Notes: generated from the sequence alone by a model not told the origin. A DNA stretch of 64,000 nt from Parcubacteria bacterium C7867-001 (GCA_001189095.1 LFCK01000004.1:5674-69673), one strand, 5' to 3'. Counted from the stretch's first letter, positions 9,674 through 19,462 are shown. A program made the numbers and translations.

Positions 9674-10231
9674 TTATGTATGCTTCGAGGCGTCGTTAAG
9701 AAGATCGGCAAACTGCTTCTGCACCTTCTGGAGTTTCGGCGCGATGATCACTTGGCAGTATCCCTGATTCGCGTTGTTTGCGAAGTAGTCCTTATGGTAG
9801 TCCTCTGCGGTGTAGTAGTTGGTGAGCGGTTCGACAGTGGTTACGATAGGGTCGCCGCCTGCTGCTGAAACTTGGAGCTCGGCGATGAATTCGTCGGCGT
9901 CGTGTTTCTGCTCATCGGTCGTATAGAAAATTACCGAGCGATATTGAGTCCCGACGTCATTGCCTTGTTGATTGAGTTGCGTCGCGTCATGGCTCCCAAA
10001 GAAAACGGTCATAAGATCGCGGAAACGGATCTGAGAAGGATCGTATTCAACACGTGCGACTTCGACGTAGTCCGTGTTTCCATTCGCGACCTCAAGATAG
10101 GTCGGGTTCGGCTTTTCTCCACCCGCATAGCCCGGCTCAACCGCCCTCACGCCGCGCAGCATCTTGAACACTGCTTCCGTGCACCAGAAGCAACCCCCGC
10201 CAAATACTGCGATCTCAGTCTTATTTTCCAT
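9674..10231 (-). CDS. msrA: Peptide-methionine (S)-S-oxide reductase
   Basis: GGCFWCTEA, GTQYRS, AEDYH, GYC motifs. Confidence 0.97.
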   Translation of the reverse strand: MENKTEIAVFGGGCFWCTEAVFKMLRGVRAVEPGYAGGEKPNPTYLEVANGNTDYVEVARVEYDPSQIRFRDLMTVFFGSHDATQLNQQGNDVGTQYRSVIFYTTDEQKHDADEFIAELQVSAAGGDPIVTTVEPLTNYYTAEDYHKDYFANNANQGYCQVIIAPKLQKVQKQFADLLNDASKHT

Positions 10232-10640
10232 CCTCTTCAAATCCTAAGCATACGGAATTGATGCAGTAATGCTTCTGGTCCTTTCCTTCTATGTGTTCGT
10301 CAAAGACGTGGCCTAAGTGGCTGCCGCAGTGCTTACAGTAGACTTCCGTGCGGTGCATGCCGAGTGAATCGTCGGGGCGCAAGCCAATGTTTTCAGCGAC
10401 CGCTGGGTCGGAGAAGGAGGGCCAACCCCGCAACCCCGCACCGCTTTTTTCGGAGTCGAGTTTATCCTTCGAGTTGAAAAGGGGATTGCCACATACTTTG
10501 CAGGTATACATGCCGGAAGCGGTGTGGTTGAGGAATTCACCGGAATATGGTGCTTCTGTCCCGCCCTCCCGTAGGACTTTATACTCCTCAGGAGTCAACT
10601 CCTGTTTGAGTTGCTCATCGCTTTTTTTCATCGGTTCCAT
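10221..10640 (-). CDS. msrB: Peptide-methionine (R)-S-oxide reductase
   Basis: GTEAP, CKVC, GWPSF, RTEVYCKHCGSHLGHVF, YCINS. Confidence 0.97.
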   Translation of the reverse strand: MEPMKKSDEQLKQELTPEEYKVLREGGTEAPYSGEFLNHTASGMYTCKVCGNPLFNSKDKLDSEKSGAGLRGWPSFSDPAVAENIGLRPDDSLGMHRTEVYCKHCGSHLGHVFDEHIEGKDQKHYCINSVCLGFEEDGK

Positions 10641-10699
10641 ATAGAGGAAGTATACCCCGTCGTTGATTTCATTGGTTGGGAAGGGTAGTATGGGTTTCC

Positions 10700-11149
10700 A
10701 TGAAGAAAGGGGTTCTCATTGGGCTTTTCATTTTCCTTTGTTTGTTCGGGGTTGCCGACTCGTGGTACATCTACGCAAACGAAGAGAACCAGACCGCGCT
10801 CACCTGCGATATTACGGGGCTTGATGGCTGCAATGCTGTTGCACAGAGTCAGTATTCGCAGGTCTTGGGTATCCCACTCGCACTCTACGGTGTTCTATTC
10901 TATGGCCTCCTCTTTACGCTGGTCGCTTCTACCGCGTTTACGCACAAGCGCCTCGCGTATCGTTCGCTCTACTGGCTTACCGCGGGCGGGGCCGTAGCGT
11001 CCTTCGTGTTCATTCTCATACAGCTGCTCATCATCAAAGCCATCTGCATTTACTGCTTTGCCTCGGCGGGGGCCTCCTTCCTCCTTCTCGGCATCGCGTT
11101 TGTTCTCTATCGCCGGTACGCTCCTCCACCGCTTGCTGTGGTAGGATAG
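10700..11149 (+). CDS. Vitamin K epoxide reductase family protein
   Basis: C..GCNAVAQSQYS loop and ICIYC (CxxC) in a TM helix. Confidence 0.9.
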   Translation: MKKGVLIGLFIFLCLFGVADSWYIYANEENQTALTCDITGLDGCNAVAQSQYSQVLGIPLALYGVLFYGLLFTLVASTAFTHKRLAYRSLYWLTAGGAVASFVFILIQLLIIKAICIYCFASAGASFLLLGIAFVLYRRYAPPPLAVVG

Positions 11150-11155
11150 TTTCGT

Positions 11156-12304
11156 ATGAAGCTGCGGATTTTCCTCATCGCGGCCCTCGTCTTCCTCCTT
11201 CCGGATGTTTCTTTTGCTGCTACCTTCCTCGGTAAGCAGACCGTACTTTTTGCCGACGCCTCTTCCACGAACGTGTATCTCACGGGTGGCGACGTCCGAA
11301 TTGCGACCGCGACGCCTGCTGATCTTTCGATTGCGGGTGGTACGTTGTCCATCTCGGCACCCGTTGGGGGCGACGCGCTTCTTTTCGGAGGTTCGATAGA
11401 TGTTCAGCGTCCAGTGAAAGGGGACGTACGCGCCGTGGGCGGCAGTGTGGTTATCGAAGATACGGTTGGCGGGGATGTTGTTGCGCTTGGTGGGGCCATA
11501 ACCGTTTCCGGACATCCAAAAGACGCATTTCTCGCTGGTGGAACGGTAGCGCTTACTAATGGCGCGTCGGGTCCCGTGACTATTTATGGCGCTGGCGTCC
11601 TTCTCGCAGGAACATTCGAGGATGACGTGCGTGTCACGGCAAGCGATCATATTACGCTTGCCGAAGGAACAATTATTAAAGGTTCGCTCGTGTATGACGC
11701 GCCGCAGCAGGCTGAAATTCCTGCGTCCGCGACTATCGGCAGCGTTGAATACACCGGTTCATCATCCTTTCTTCCAACGAACGCAGAAGCGAAGACTTTT
11801 GCGGTCGCCGGCGCGGGCGTCTTCCTTGTCGTAAGTGTTCTTTCGGCGATGCTTCTCTCGGGACTTGTTGCTGGACTCTTCCCAGACTTCACACAAACAG
11901 TTGCTCAGTTCGCGTTGCGCGGCTCGCTGCGCCGGTTCGTGCTTACGGCGCTCCTCGGATTTGCTGCTTTTGTCGCAACTCCCGTCTTTATTCTTCTGCT
12001 CCTCGCCTCGTTTGTTGGCATGGGTGTGGCGATGCTTGCCGGCGTGTTGTACCTCCTCCTCCTCACCCTTTCGTATGTATATGCAGCCGTTCTTGCGGGT
12101 AGCGCGCTTGCGCGTTCAGTATGGAAACGGGAGACCGTGTTCTGGCGTGACGTCGTGCTCGGCATGCTCGTCCTGCAGCTCATCGGGCGGGTCCCCGGCA
12201 TAGGACCGCTTATCGCGCTCGTACTTTCTGCAGCTGCTGCGGGCACACTCCTTACGCTCGCGTTCCGCTTCGCCTTCAAGCGTGAAGGTCCAGAGGAGTT
12301 ATAA
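11156..12304 (+). CDS. Membrane protein with bactofilin-like (polymer-forming) beta-helix repeats
   Basis: Signal peptide, repeated (V)GGDxxxxGGxxxI units, C-terminal TM bundle. Confidence 0.7.
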   Translation: MKLRIFLIAALVFLLPDVSFAATFLGKQTVLFADASSTNVYLTGGDVRIATATPADLSIAGGTLSISAPVGGDALLFGGSIDVQRPVKGDVRAVGGSVVIEDTVGGDVVALGGAITVSGHPKDAFLAGGTVALTNGASGPVTIYGAGVLLAGTFEDDVRVTASDHITLAEGTIIKGSLVYDAPQQAEIPASATIGSVEYTGSSSFLPTNAEAKTFAVAGAGVFLVVSVLSAMLLSGLVAGLFPDFTQTVAQFALRGSLRRFVLTALLGFAAFVATPVFILLLLASFVGMGVAMLAGVLYLLLLTLSYVYAAVLAGSALARSVWKRETVFWRDVVLGMLVLQLIGRVPGIGPLIALVLSAAAAGTLLTLAFRFAFKREGPEEL

Positions 12305-12367
12305 ACCTCGTGTTCGTTGACGCGTGTGCTTCTGTCCCTAAGAGTAAGGGCAGAAGGGAGACGTGAC

Positions 12368-12739
12368 ATGAAGAAAAAGAATGCGCTCGCCATTCCTAAA
12401 TCAGTGAAGCTTCTCGATTTGTCGTACTACCTCGCGCGGGTGTATCGCGAACATGAGTCATGCGAAGATCCGATATTCATCGGTGAGCTCGGCATGCTTC
12501 TGTTCAGCAAGTTTCTCGGTCAGCACCCACCGTTCGACGGAACCTACCGCTCGCAAGCGTATGCGTTTCTCGAATATGTTGATGCCGGCATTCATGAGTG
12601 GCTTGAGAAGCACGACTTGTATCCGATGTATCACGCGCTCGGCGACGCTCGCATCTACGCTGATATGCTGCGTAGCCTCGCGTATCAAATGCAGCTCGCC
12701 GCGCTTCCTGAGCAAAGGAAAACTGCGTTCGTTGCATAA
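12368..12739 (+). CDS. Hypothetical protein
   Basis: SD GGGAG upstream of the ATG; followed by a GC hairpin terminator. Confidence 0.55.
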   Translation: MKKKNALAIPKSVKLLDLSYYLARVYREHESCEDPIFIGELGMLLFSKFLGQHPPFDGTYRSQAYAFLEYVDAGIHEWLEKHDLYPMYHALGDARIYADMLRSLAYQMQLAALPEQRKTAFVA

Positions 12740-12786
12740 AAGACCGCCTCGCCTCTGGCGAGGCGGTTATATGCTATCGTTCCCGC

Positions 12787-13458
12787 ATGAAATCGATGTC
12801 GACACCTGCAGAACGAAAGACTCGAGCAAAGAAGATGCTCGCGTACCTTAAGAAGGCGTATCCTGTTCCTAAAACCGAACTCAACTACACAACACCGATG
12901 CAAATGCTCGCATCCGTCATGCTCTCAGCGCAAACGACCGATAAGCAGGTGAACAAAGTAACGGCAACCCTTTGGAAGAAATATAAAACAGTGAAGGATT
13001 TTGCGAGCGCGAAGTACGCGACCCTCGATAAGGAAATAAGCTCAGTCTCGTTCCATCGCAATAAGGCAAAAGCCATCATCGCAAGCGCGCAAAAGATCAT
13101 CGATGATTTCGGTGGCAAGGTTCCGAAGACCGAGCCCGAGCTCGTGACGCTTCCCGGTGTCGCCTACAAAACTGCACATGTCGTTCTTGGGGAGCTCTAC
13201 AACATCTGGGAAGGTATTCCGACCGACACGCACGTAAAGCGCTTTGCGCTCAGGTTCGATCTGACAAAGCATACGGATCTTAAAAAAATCTCGAAGGATC
13301 TCGAAGCCCTCATACCAAAAAAGGATTGGCGGTACGTCAATAATGGTCTGGTTCTCTACGGTCGTTATGTGTGTCCGGCTCGGCCTCACGACTGCGCTAT
13401 GCACCCGCTCACCAAGATCTGGCCAGAGGCCCAAAAGCGCTGGCCTCGCGCATCCTAA
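12787..13458 (+). CDS. nth: Endonuclease III
   Basis: LSAQTTD, HhH LPGVAYKTA, PTDTHV; C-terminal Fe-S motif only partial. Confidence 0.92.
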   Translation: MKSMSTPAERKTRAKKMLAYLKKAYPVPKTELNYTTPMQMLASVMLSAQTTDKQVNKVTATLWKKYKTVKDFASAKYATLDKEISSVSFHRNKAKAIIASAQKIIDDFGGKVPKTEPELVTLPGVAYKTAHVVLGELYNIWEGIPTDTHVKRFALRFDLTKHTDLKKISKDLEALIPKKDWRYVNNGLVLYGRYVCPARPHDCAMHPLTKIWPEAQKRWPRAS

Positions 13459-13462
13459 TTCG

Positions 13463-13490
13463 TTGACCCAAGGTGCTCGAGGTATACAAT
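13463..13490 (+). promoter_or_regulatory. Sigma70 promoter of the putative ncRNA
   Basis: TTGACC-16 nt-TACAAT, ending 9 nt before the hairpin start. Confidence 0.6.
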
Positions 13491-13499
13491 GTCCCTCAG

Positions 13500-13662
13500 A
13501 CTCTGGCTACGTGGTATCCCGGCATTCCGGAGTGAGAAGGTCGGAGCGTGAAGGGAATCGGGAGCTCTTGCGAGCTCACGGCAGACCGCAGGCGGTTCAG
13601 CCACCATTGCCCCCGCCGACCAATGCTAGCAATATGTTGGGCAGTATCACTCGCGCCAGAGT
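13500..13662 (+). ncRNA. Putative 6S RNA-like ncRNA
   Basis: Ends pair (actctggc/gccagagt), then gtggtat/gtatcac and cccggcat/atgttggg, a central bubble, and ggtcgg/ccgacc; own promoter and terminator. Confidence 0.6.
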
Positions 13663-13663
13663 A

Positions 13664-13708
13664 GCGCCCCTCGTTTGGTTTCCGGCCGGAACCTGCGAGG
13701 GGCGTTTT
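13664..13708 (+). terminator. Intrinsic terminator
   Basis: cgcccctcg...cgaggggcg followed by tttt. Confidence 0.6.
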
Positions 13709-13727
13709 GCTTTGCTAGGATAGACCG

Positions 13728-14537
13728 ATGACGATAGCGGCGTTCAGAAAAAGGGTACTCGATTTTCATGCGGCGCAGGGGAGGCACGCGCTTCCATGGC
13801 GCGAGAGCAACGATCCGTACCGCGTACTAGTCTCCGAGATCATGCTGCAGCAGACGCAGGTGGAACGCGTCATTCCGTTTTATAAGGCGTGGATAAAAAA
13901 GTTTCCAATCGTTCGCTCGCTCGCAAAAGCCCCGCTCGCGGATGTTCTCAAACTCTGGCAAGGACTTGGCTACAATCGTCGCGCTCGGCTTCTTCTCGAA
14001 ACCGCAAAAGCGGTGGTTCGTGAAAACAAGGGAGTTTTTCCAAAGACACCGGAAGAGCTCGAAAAACTTCCCGGCATTGGCCCCTATACCGCCCGAGCTG
14101 TTGCGGCTTTTTCATATAATCAGGACGTGGTGTTCATCGAGACAAATATCCGTACGGCGGTGACACATCACTTTTTCCCGCATAAGAAGAAAGTAGAGGA
14201 TAAAGAACTGATCGCGATTCTTGCGAAAGCGCTTCCGAAAGGAAAAAGCAGAGAATGGTACTCAGCGCTCATGGATTACGGTTCGTATCTGAAGCGAAGC
14301 GGCGTTCGTATTAATGCAAAAGCAAAGGGGTACACGAAGCAGCCGAAGTTTGAAGGCTCTCCGCGCCAAGCGCGTGGCGCTATTCTCAAAGCTCTCGTGA
14401 AGGGTCCGCAAGACGAGGCGTTTCTTATTGAACTTCTTGGTTCATCTCGCCGTGTGCAGATGTGCGCTCAGCTAGCAGTACTCACGAAAGAGGGAATGAT
14501 AGAGCTCTCGCGAGGCAAATTCAGGCTTCCCAAATGA
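13728..14537 (+). CDS. mutY: A/G-specific adenine glycosylase (short form, no Fe-S cysteines)
   Basis: LPWR, VSEIMLQQTQV, WQGLGYNRRA, LPGIGPYTA. Confidence 0.9.
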   Translation: MTIAAFRKRVLDFHAAQGRHALPWRESNDPYRVLVSEIMLQQTQVERVIPFYKAWIKKFPIVRSLAKAPLADVLKLWQGLGYNRRARLLLETAKAVVRENKGVFPKTPEELEKLPGIGPYTARAVAAFSYNQDVVFIETNIRTAVTHHFFPHKKKVEDKELIAILAKALPKGKSREWYSALMDYGSYLKRSGVRINAKAKGYTKQPKFEGSPRQARGAILKALVKGPQDEAFLIELLGSSRRVQMCAQLAVLTKEGMIELSRGKFRLPK

Positions 14538-14566
14538 AAACGCGGCGCCAGAGGCGCCGCGTTTTC
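14537..14566. terminator. Bidirectional terminator between mutY and rnj
   Basis: aaaacgcggcgcc-aga-ggcgccgcgtttt. Confidence 0.7.
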
Positions 14567-14580
14567 ATTTGCATGTAGTA

Positions 14581-16488
14581 CTAGACCCCGATCAGCACTG
14601 GAATGACCATCGGTGCTTTATTCGTTCGCGAGAAGAGGTAGCCCGCCATGGTGTCGGTGAGCTGGTTCTTCACATAGTCGAGGTCGACGGGGTTCATACC
14701 GCGAGTAGAATCCTCGACGGTCTTCTTGATGAGAAGGCGACCTTGATTGAGGAGATCCTGAGACTCACGCAGATACACGAAGCCGCGGGAAATAATGTCC
14801 GGTGACTTGCGGAGCTTGCCGGTCTTCAGGTTAATCGTGGCGATGATGACGAACATTCCGTCTTTCGCGAGCATCTGGCGATCGCGAATGACCACTTCCT
14901 GCATATCCCCGATAGCGAAGCCGTCGACAATAAGCGGAGAGTTCGGAACCTTTTCCTTGTGGATGGTAAGCGTCTCGCCGTCGATGATGTCGGCGACCGT
15001 GCCGTTCTCCGCGAGGATGATGTTTTCCTTCGGGAAGCCGGACTGCTCGACCGCCTTTGCGTGGCAGAAGGTCATCGAGTAGTAGCCGTAGGCTGGAAGG
15101 AAGAACTTCGCACCCACTTTCTTGTTTATCCAGACGAGCTCTCCTGTGTGGCCGTGGCCGCCCGAGTGAACATCGCTTGAGCGATAGTGAATGAGGGATA
15201 CTTTGTTGTGATAGAGATTGTCCTTGAGTTTCTGGACGGAGATCTCGTTGCCCGGAATGACGGATGACGAGAGGACGACCGTATCGCGCTCGGTAAGCGT
15301 GATGTTCTTGTGCTGCTTGGTTGCGATGCGCATGAGCGCAGCAAACTCTTCACCCTGCGCGCCAGTAGCGAGCACAACAATCTTGTCAGGTGGGTAATCG
15401 CCAATTTCCTGAGCAGGGATGATGGTGTCCTTAGCGAGCTTCACGAGCCCGAGCTTCTGCGCGATTTCAAGGTTTGTCTTTATCGAGCGTCCCTCGAGCA
15501 CGAGCTTCTTTCCGTATTTCTCGGAAATCTCGATGATGCTCACCATGCGTTCGAACTGGGACGCGAAGGTGCCGATGATGAGGCGGCCCGAAACGGTCTT
15601 GATGATGCCTTCGAGCGTCTCATTCACTTTCTTGTCGGGAATGGAGAATCCGTCCACTTCCGCACGCGTTGAATCGCCGATGAAGAGCAGGTTCTTCTGT
15701 TCGCCTATTTTCGACCAGCGCTTTTCTTCTTCGGGCACCGGAATGCCATCCACGTGCTCGAGCTTAAGGTCGCCGGTGATCACGATGTTGCCATAGGGCG
15801 TATCAATGAGAATGCCCATCGAGTCCGGAATCGAGTGCGTAACGGGGAAGAAGGTGCACTTGGTCGAACCAATGGTGTGTGTCTGCCAATCGTCGACGAT
15901 GACGAGATTCGCTGCTGGCATCTCAGGATATTCTTCCTGACGTTTCTGGATCATGGTCGCCGAAAGCTGCTTCGTGTAGATCGGCGGATTGCCGAAACGA
16001 TTCATGAGGAATGGGATACCGCCGATGTGGTCGAGGTGGCCGTGCGTGATGAATACGGCACGGACACGATCCGCGTTCTTCTCGAGGTATTTCGTATTCG
16101 GAAGGATGTAGTCGACGCCCGGAGAAGAATCTTCCGAGGTGAACTGGAAGCCGACGTCGGACACAAAGATGTCGTTGCCGACTTCAAACGCAAGCATGTT
16201 GCGGCCGACTTCTTCGACGCCGCCTAAAGGCACGACGCGAACGACGTTTGATTCGACTGGTGCAGGAATATAGTCTGCACCGCGTTTTACTGCGGGCGAG
16301 GGACCCATGTCGCGACGCATCGGGCCGCGCATCGAACGATCGCGTCCTCCGCGACCGCGACCTCCGCGCGCAGGTGGGCGTCCGCCGGCGCGATTGCCGC
16401 GGAAGCCACCTCCTCGGCGAGGGCCGTCTTTTTGTGGAGCGCCGTGCCCTCGGTTGTCAGGGGCGGGCGCTGGTGCTGGTGCTGTCAT
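14581..16488 (-). CDS. rnj: Ribonuclease J
   Basis: PLGGVEEVGRNM, THGHLDHIGG, HSIPD, GAQGE, HSGGH; Arg/Gly-rich N-terminal extension. Confidence 0.95.
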   Translation of the reverse strand: MTAPAPAPAPDNRGHGAPQKDGPRRGGGFRGNRAGGRPPARGGRGRGGRDRSMRGPMRRDMGPSPAVKRGADYIPAPVESNVVRVVPLGGVEEVGRNMLAFEVGNDIFVSDVGFQFTSEDSSPGVDYILPNTKYLEKNADRVRAVFITHGHLDHIGGIPFLMNRFGNPPIYTKQLSATMIQKRQEEYPEMPAANLVIVDDWQTHTIGSTKCTFFPVTHSIPDSMGILIDTPYGNIVITGDLKLEHVDGIPVPEEEKRWSKIGEQKNLLFIGDSTRAEVDGFSIPDKKVNETLEGIIKTVSGRLIIGTFASQFERMVSIIEISEKYGKKLVLEGRSIKTNLEIAQKLGLVKLAKDTIIPAQEIGDYPPDKIVVLATGAQGEEFAALMRIATKQHKNITLTERDTVVLSSSVIPGNEISVQKLKDNLYHNKVSLIHYRSSDVHSGGHGHTGELVWINKKVGAKFFLPAYGYYSMTFCHAKAVEQSGFPKENIILAENGTVADIIDGETLTIHKEKVPNSPLIVDGFAIGDMQEVVIRDRQMLAKDGMFVIIATINLKTGKLRKSPDIISRGFVYLRESQDLLNQGRLLIKKTVEDSTRGMNPVDLDYVKNQLTDTMAGYLFSRTNKAPMVIPVLIGV

Positions 16489-16582
16489 ACTGATAGCTAG
16501 TTAATGTTCTCGTATAATTTTTTTGTCTGTTGCACCTGATGTGCAATTGATAGGGAACGGTTACTCGAAAGTATACCGCGCA

Positions 16583-18313
16583 CTATCGACTGCTCACCTG
16601 TGAAAAAACGGGCCAGACGCGTTCCGTCTGTCGATACCATCCCCACACACCCGCAAAGCGATCCGATGGTTCCGCAATCTGCGCAAACGCGACGCCTCCA
16701 AGTCCTTTTGGAATCACGTACACGAAGTCTGGTGTGTGTGTGAAGACCGCAGGGTAGTCAGCGGTGATGAGCGCACTCGCTTTCGCGAGGTCATCCTTGC
16801 GGGTCTCTGCATTCCCTTCAGTGCGCATCTTCTCGAGGAGGTCGTCGACGCTCTTGTTCGCGTACATTGCGATGTTGAGCCCCGGATCGTTGCGTTCTGC
16901 GGAATCCCAGAAGGCGAAGAGGTCTGCGTCGCGGCCAACCACCATACCGAAGAGCAGCGCATCATACTTACGCGGGCGAATAACGTTCTGAGTGAGATCA
17001 CCGGGCTCATAGAGCTCGATAGATACTGGCACATTAAGCGCTGCCCACTGCTCTTTGAGCGCCGTCGCGACGGCCTTCAATTCAGGAACGTTGCTGGTGC
17101 GAAGCGTAACAGTGAGCTCCAATTTGCTCTTTGCGTTCTTCCACGTGTTCGATTCAGTATCGAGTTTCCAGCCGTTGTTCGTAAGCGTCTTCGTCGCTGC
17201 GGCAACGCGTTCCTCCTGCGTTATCGGCGTCGTGCTCGATTGCGGGACTACGATGCCGCTTCCTGGCGGAAGCGGTCCTTCCACTGGCGTCGCAAACCCG
17301 CCAAGCGCGTCTTTCACGATGCTTCCACGATCCGTCATAAGCGAAAGTGCTTTACGGACCTCGATGTGCGTGAACAAAGGATTCTGGTTTCCATTCCAGA
17401 AGACGCCGAACACCTGCGCGTACGGAGCGGTCACCGCGCCCGCTTTCGCAATGCCGTAGGCGCTTTCGATACGACCGTTCTTGAGGGCGGCTTCAAGGTC
17501 TCGCTGCTGAGCGAAGAAATAGAAGCGTATCGAATCGAGGTGTGGGCGGCCGAGCGCGAATTCGCGCGAGGCGACCAAATCCATACGATCGATGATGCCG
17601 CTTCCGTTCCTATGTACGTTCGAAACACGGAAGGGACCTGCACCAACTGGATGCGTCATCAAGGTTGAGAAGGCGAACTCTTCATCAGAAACCGTGCGCC
17701 ACAAGTGCGCGGGAAGGATACCGAGTGTCGTATCTTCGATGAAGGGTGCGTATGGTTTCGGAAGTGTGAAGCGAATCGTTCGCGCGTCGACTGCCTCGGC
17801 GCGGATGTTTGCCCAGTTCGCGAATTCAGGTGATTTAAGCGTCGGATCCTGCGCCTTCTCGACGGTGAACACGACATCGTCTGCGGTCACGGGCGTCCCG
17901 TCTGAGAAGCGGACGCCACTCTTCATAATGAAGGTATAAACGGTGCCATCCTCCGAAACTTCGTAGCTCTCGGCAAGAACCGGAACAAGCGCGCCGTTGG
18001 TGCCTTCGCCCATAAGGCCTGCGTAGGTGAGAGACGAGAGGTCGCGGTCGGTGTCGGAAATTGCAAGCAGCGGATTCACGAAACGAGGTGAGCCAACGAT
18101 GCCCTCAGTGAGCTTCCCTCCATCGGTTGGCTTTTCTATAAGAAAAGAACTTTCAAGCGCGTAGAGCGCCCCGAGGCTTGCTGCTATTGCGAACCCTGCG
18201 AGCACACCAGCGATGAGCTTATCGCCCGCCGAAAGCTTCTCGAGGAAACTCTCGAGTTTGTGCGCGAATGGAACGCGAATAGAAGAAAAGAATCGAGACA
18301 GTCGCTCGAACAT
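16583..18313 (-). CDS. Peptide ABC transporter substrate-binding protein (family 5)
   Basis: LAESYEVSEDGTVYTF, FSDGTPVTADDVVFT, PVGAGPF; N-terminal TM anchor. Confidence 0.9.
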   Translation of the reverse strand: MFERLSRFFSSIRVPFAHKLESFLEKLSAGDKLIAGVLAGFAIAASLGALYALESSFLIEKPTDGGKLTEGIVGSPRFVNPLLAISDTDRDLSSLTYAGLMGEGTNGALVPVLAESYEVSEDGTVYTFIMKSGVRFSDGTPVTADDVVFTVEKAQDPTLKSPEFANWANIRAEAVDARTIRFTLPKPYAPFIEDTTLGILPAHLWRTVSDEEFAFSTLMTHPVGAGPFRVSNVHRNGSGIIDRMDLVASREFALGRPHLDSIRFYFFAQQRDLEAALKNGRIESAYGIAKAGAVTAPYAQVFGVFWNGNQNPLFTHIEVRKALSLMTDRGSIVKDALGGFATPVEGPLPPGSGIVVPQSSTTPITQEERVAAATKTLTNNGWKLDTESNTWKNAKSKLELTVTLRTSNVPELKAVATALKEQWAALNVPVSIELYEPGDLTQNVIRPRKYDALLFGMVVGRDADLFAFWDSAERNDPGLNIAMYANKSVDDLLEKMRTEGNAETRKDDLAKASALITADYPAVFTHTPDFVYVIPKGLGGVAFAQIAEPSDRFAGVWGWYRQTERVWPVFSQVSSR

Positions 18314-18320
18314 AGGTGGG

Positions 18321-18551
18321 TTAGATGAGGAACCCGGCGATTGCGCTTACGACGAAAAGGATAGCGACAACAATAGTTGCACGAAACAGGAAGCTTTCAG
18401 CTCCGCGTCGCTTGTAGAACGTCGATGAGAAATTATCGCCGCCGAATGCTCCTCCAAGGGACGCTCCACGATTCTGGAGCACGATCCCGATGATGAGGAG
18501 AAGGGAAAGGATGATTTCTATGTTGGGCAATGCTGCCTTGAGGGTCTCCAT
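18321..18551 (-). CDS. secG: Preprotein translocase subunit SecG
   Basis: Two TM helices, LQNRGASLGGAFGG, RRGAE. Confidence 0.92.
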   Translation of the reverse strand: METLKAALPNIEIILSLLLIIGIVLQNRGASLGGAFGGDNFSSTFYKRRGAESFLFRATIVVAILFVVSAIAGFLI

Positions 18552-18696
18552 CTGTACGGGATACCGTAACACAGCTGGAACGAGCCTTCAACTGCTGTCC
18601 CCATTGACATTCTTATTTTAAATTTCATATCTATTCCTTGCTCGGTTTCCGCTGGCGGCGTACGCTTTGGAAAGGATAGTTCCAACGGAGGTTCAA

Positions 18697-19392
18697 ATGT
18701 CATCAGGACATGGAAGAGATGGGCGTCGCGTGACGCTCTGGGGCGACGGTCAATCGGTCACGTATCTCGAAGTTTCCGAAGAGGAAGCGAGGGGCACCGG
18801 TTTCTTCGTTATGGCGGTCGGCTTCATTGCGTTCTTATTCGCGATATGTGCATCGACCGCACTTACTCATGGGCACTGGCCGCTCAAGGTTAGTCCCTTC
18901 GACGAGGCGCTCAACGGGGGATTCATCTTCCTCGGTCTCTTACTCTTCGTCCTCGGGCTGCGCAGTAATGCGCAGCGCGGGTTCATCCCGGCCCTTTGCT
19001 ACATGCTCGTTCTTTCAGCAGCAATCTCGCATGGCGCGGGCATCCTCCCTCACAGCATGAGCGATAGTGAGGCGACCAAAAAAATCCTCATTCTGTTCGG
19101 ATTGGGAACTGTGGCGTTTCCGGCAGGAGTCGTCTGGCTCTACCCGTATCCACATAAAATCGGCCTCGCGGTGGTGTGGATGATGAGCATGACCGCTCAA
19201 CTTCTCATCATCATTTCGTGGGCTGAGACTGATACGGGAACATTTCTCGGCATCAGTGCGGATTGGGTGCGAATCGTCTTTGCAGGTTTCATCGGCCTCG
19301 GAATCTCACTCTACGGCGCAGGCTACCTCTCCCATCTTCACCGGATGCAGCACGATGCGTGGTCGAACTGGTTCATCCGGCACGGTGACTAA
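18697..19392 (+). CDS. Hypothetical multi-TM membrane protein
   Basis: SD GGAGG, about 6 TM helices, downstream GC hairpin. Confidence 0.6.
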   Translation: MSSGHGRDGRRVTLWGDGQSVTYLEVSEEEARGTGFFVMAVGFIAFLFAICASTALTHGHWPLKVSPFDEALNGGFIFLGLLLFVLGLRSNAQRGFIPALCYMLVLSAAISHGAGILPHSMSDSEATKKILILFGLGTVAFPAGVVWLYPYPHKIGLAVVWMMSMTAQLLIIISWAETDTGTFLGISADWVRIVFAGFIGLGISLYGAGYLSHLHRMQHDAWSNWFIRHGD

Positions 19393-19433
19393 CTCGTTAC
19401 GCCGCAGGCAAAGCCTGCGGCGTTTTCCATATA

Positions 19434-19462
19434 TTGACCAAAATATATATTAATGATATAAT
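19434..19462 (+). promoter_or_regulatory. Consensus sigma70 promoter
   Basis: TTGACC-17 nt-(TGa)TATAAT. Confidence 0.7.

Noticed and set aside
13343-13723. 126-aa ORF; also considered tmRNA or SRP RNA
   Set aside because: The ORF overlaps nth and a promoter-hairpin-terminator unit. There are no tmRNA tRNA-like ends and no SRP domain IV motif.
16736-17668. Long antisense ORFs (also 35917..36909 and 61816..62490)
   Set aside because: They lie opposite well-supported genes and have no motifs; expected in GC-rich coding DNA.
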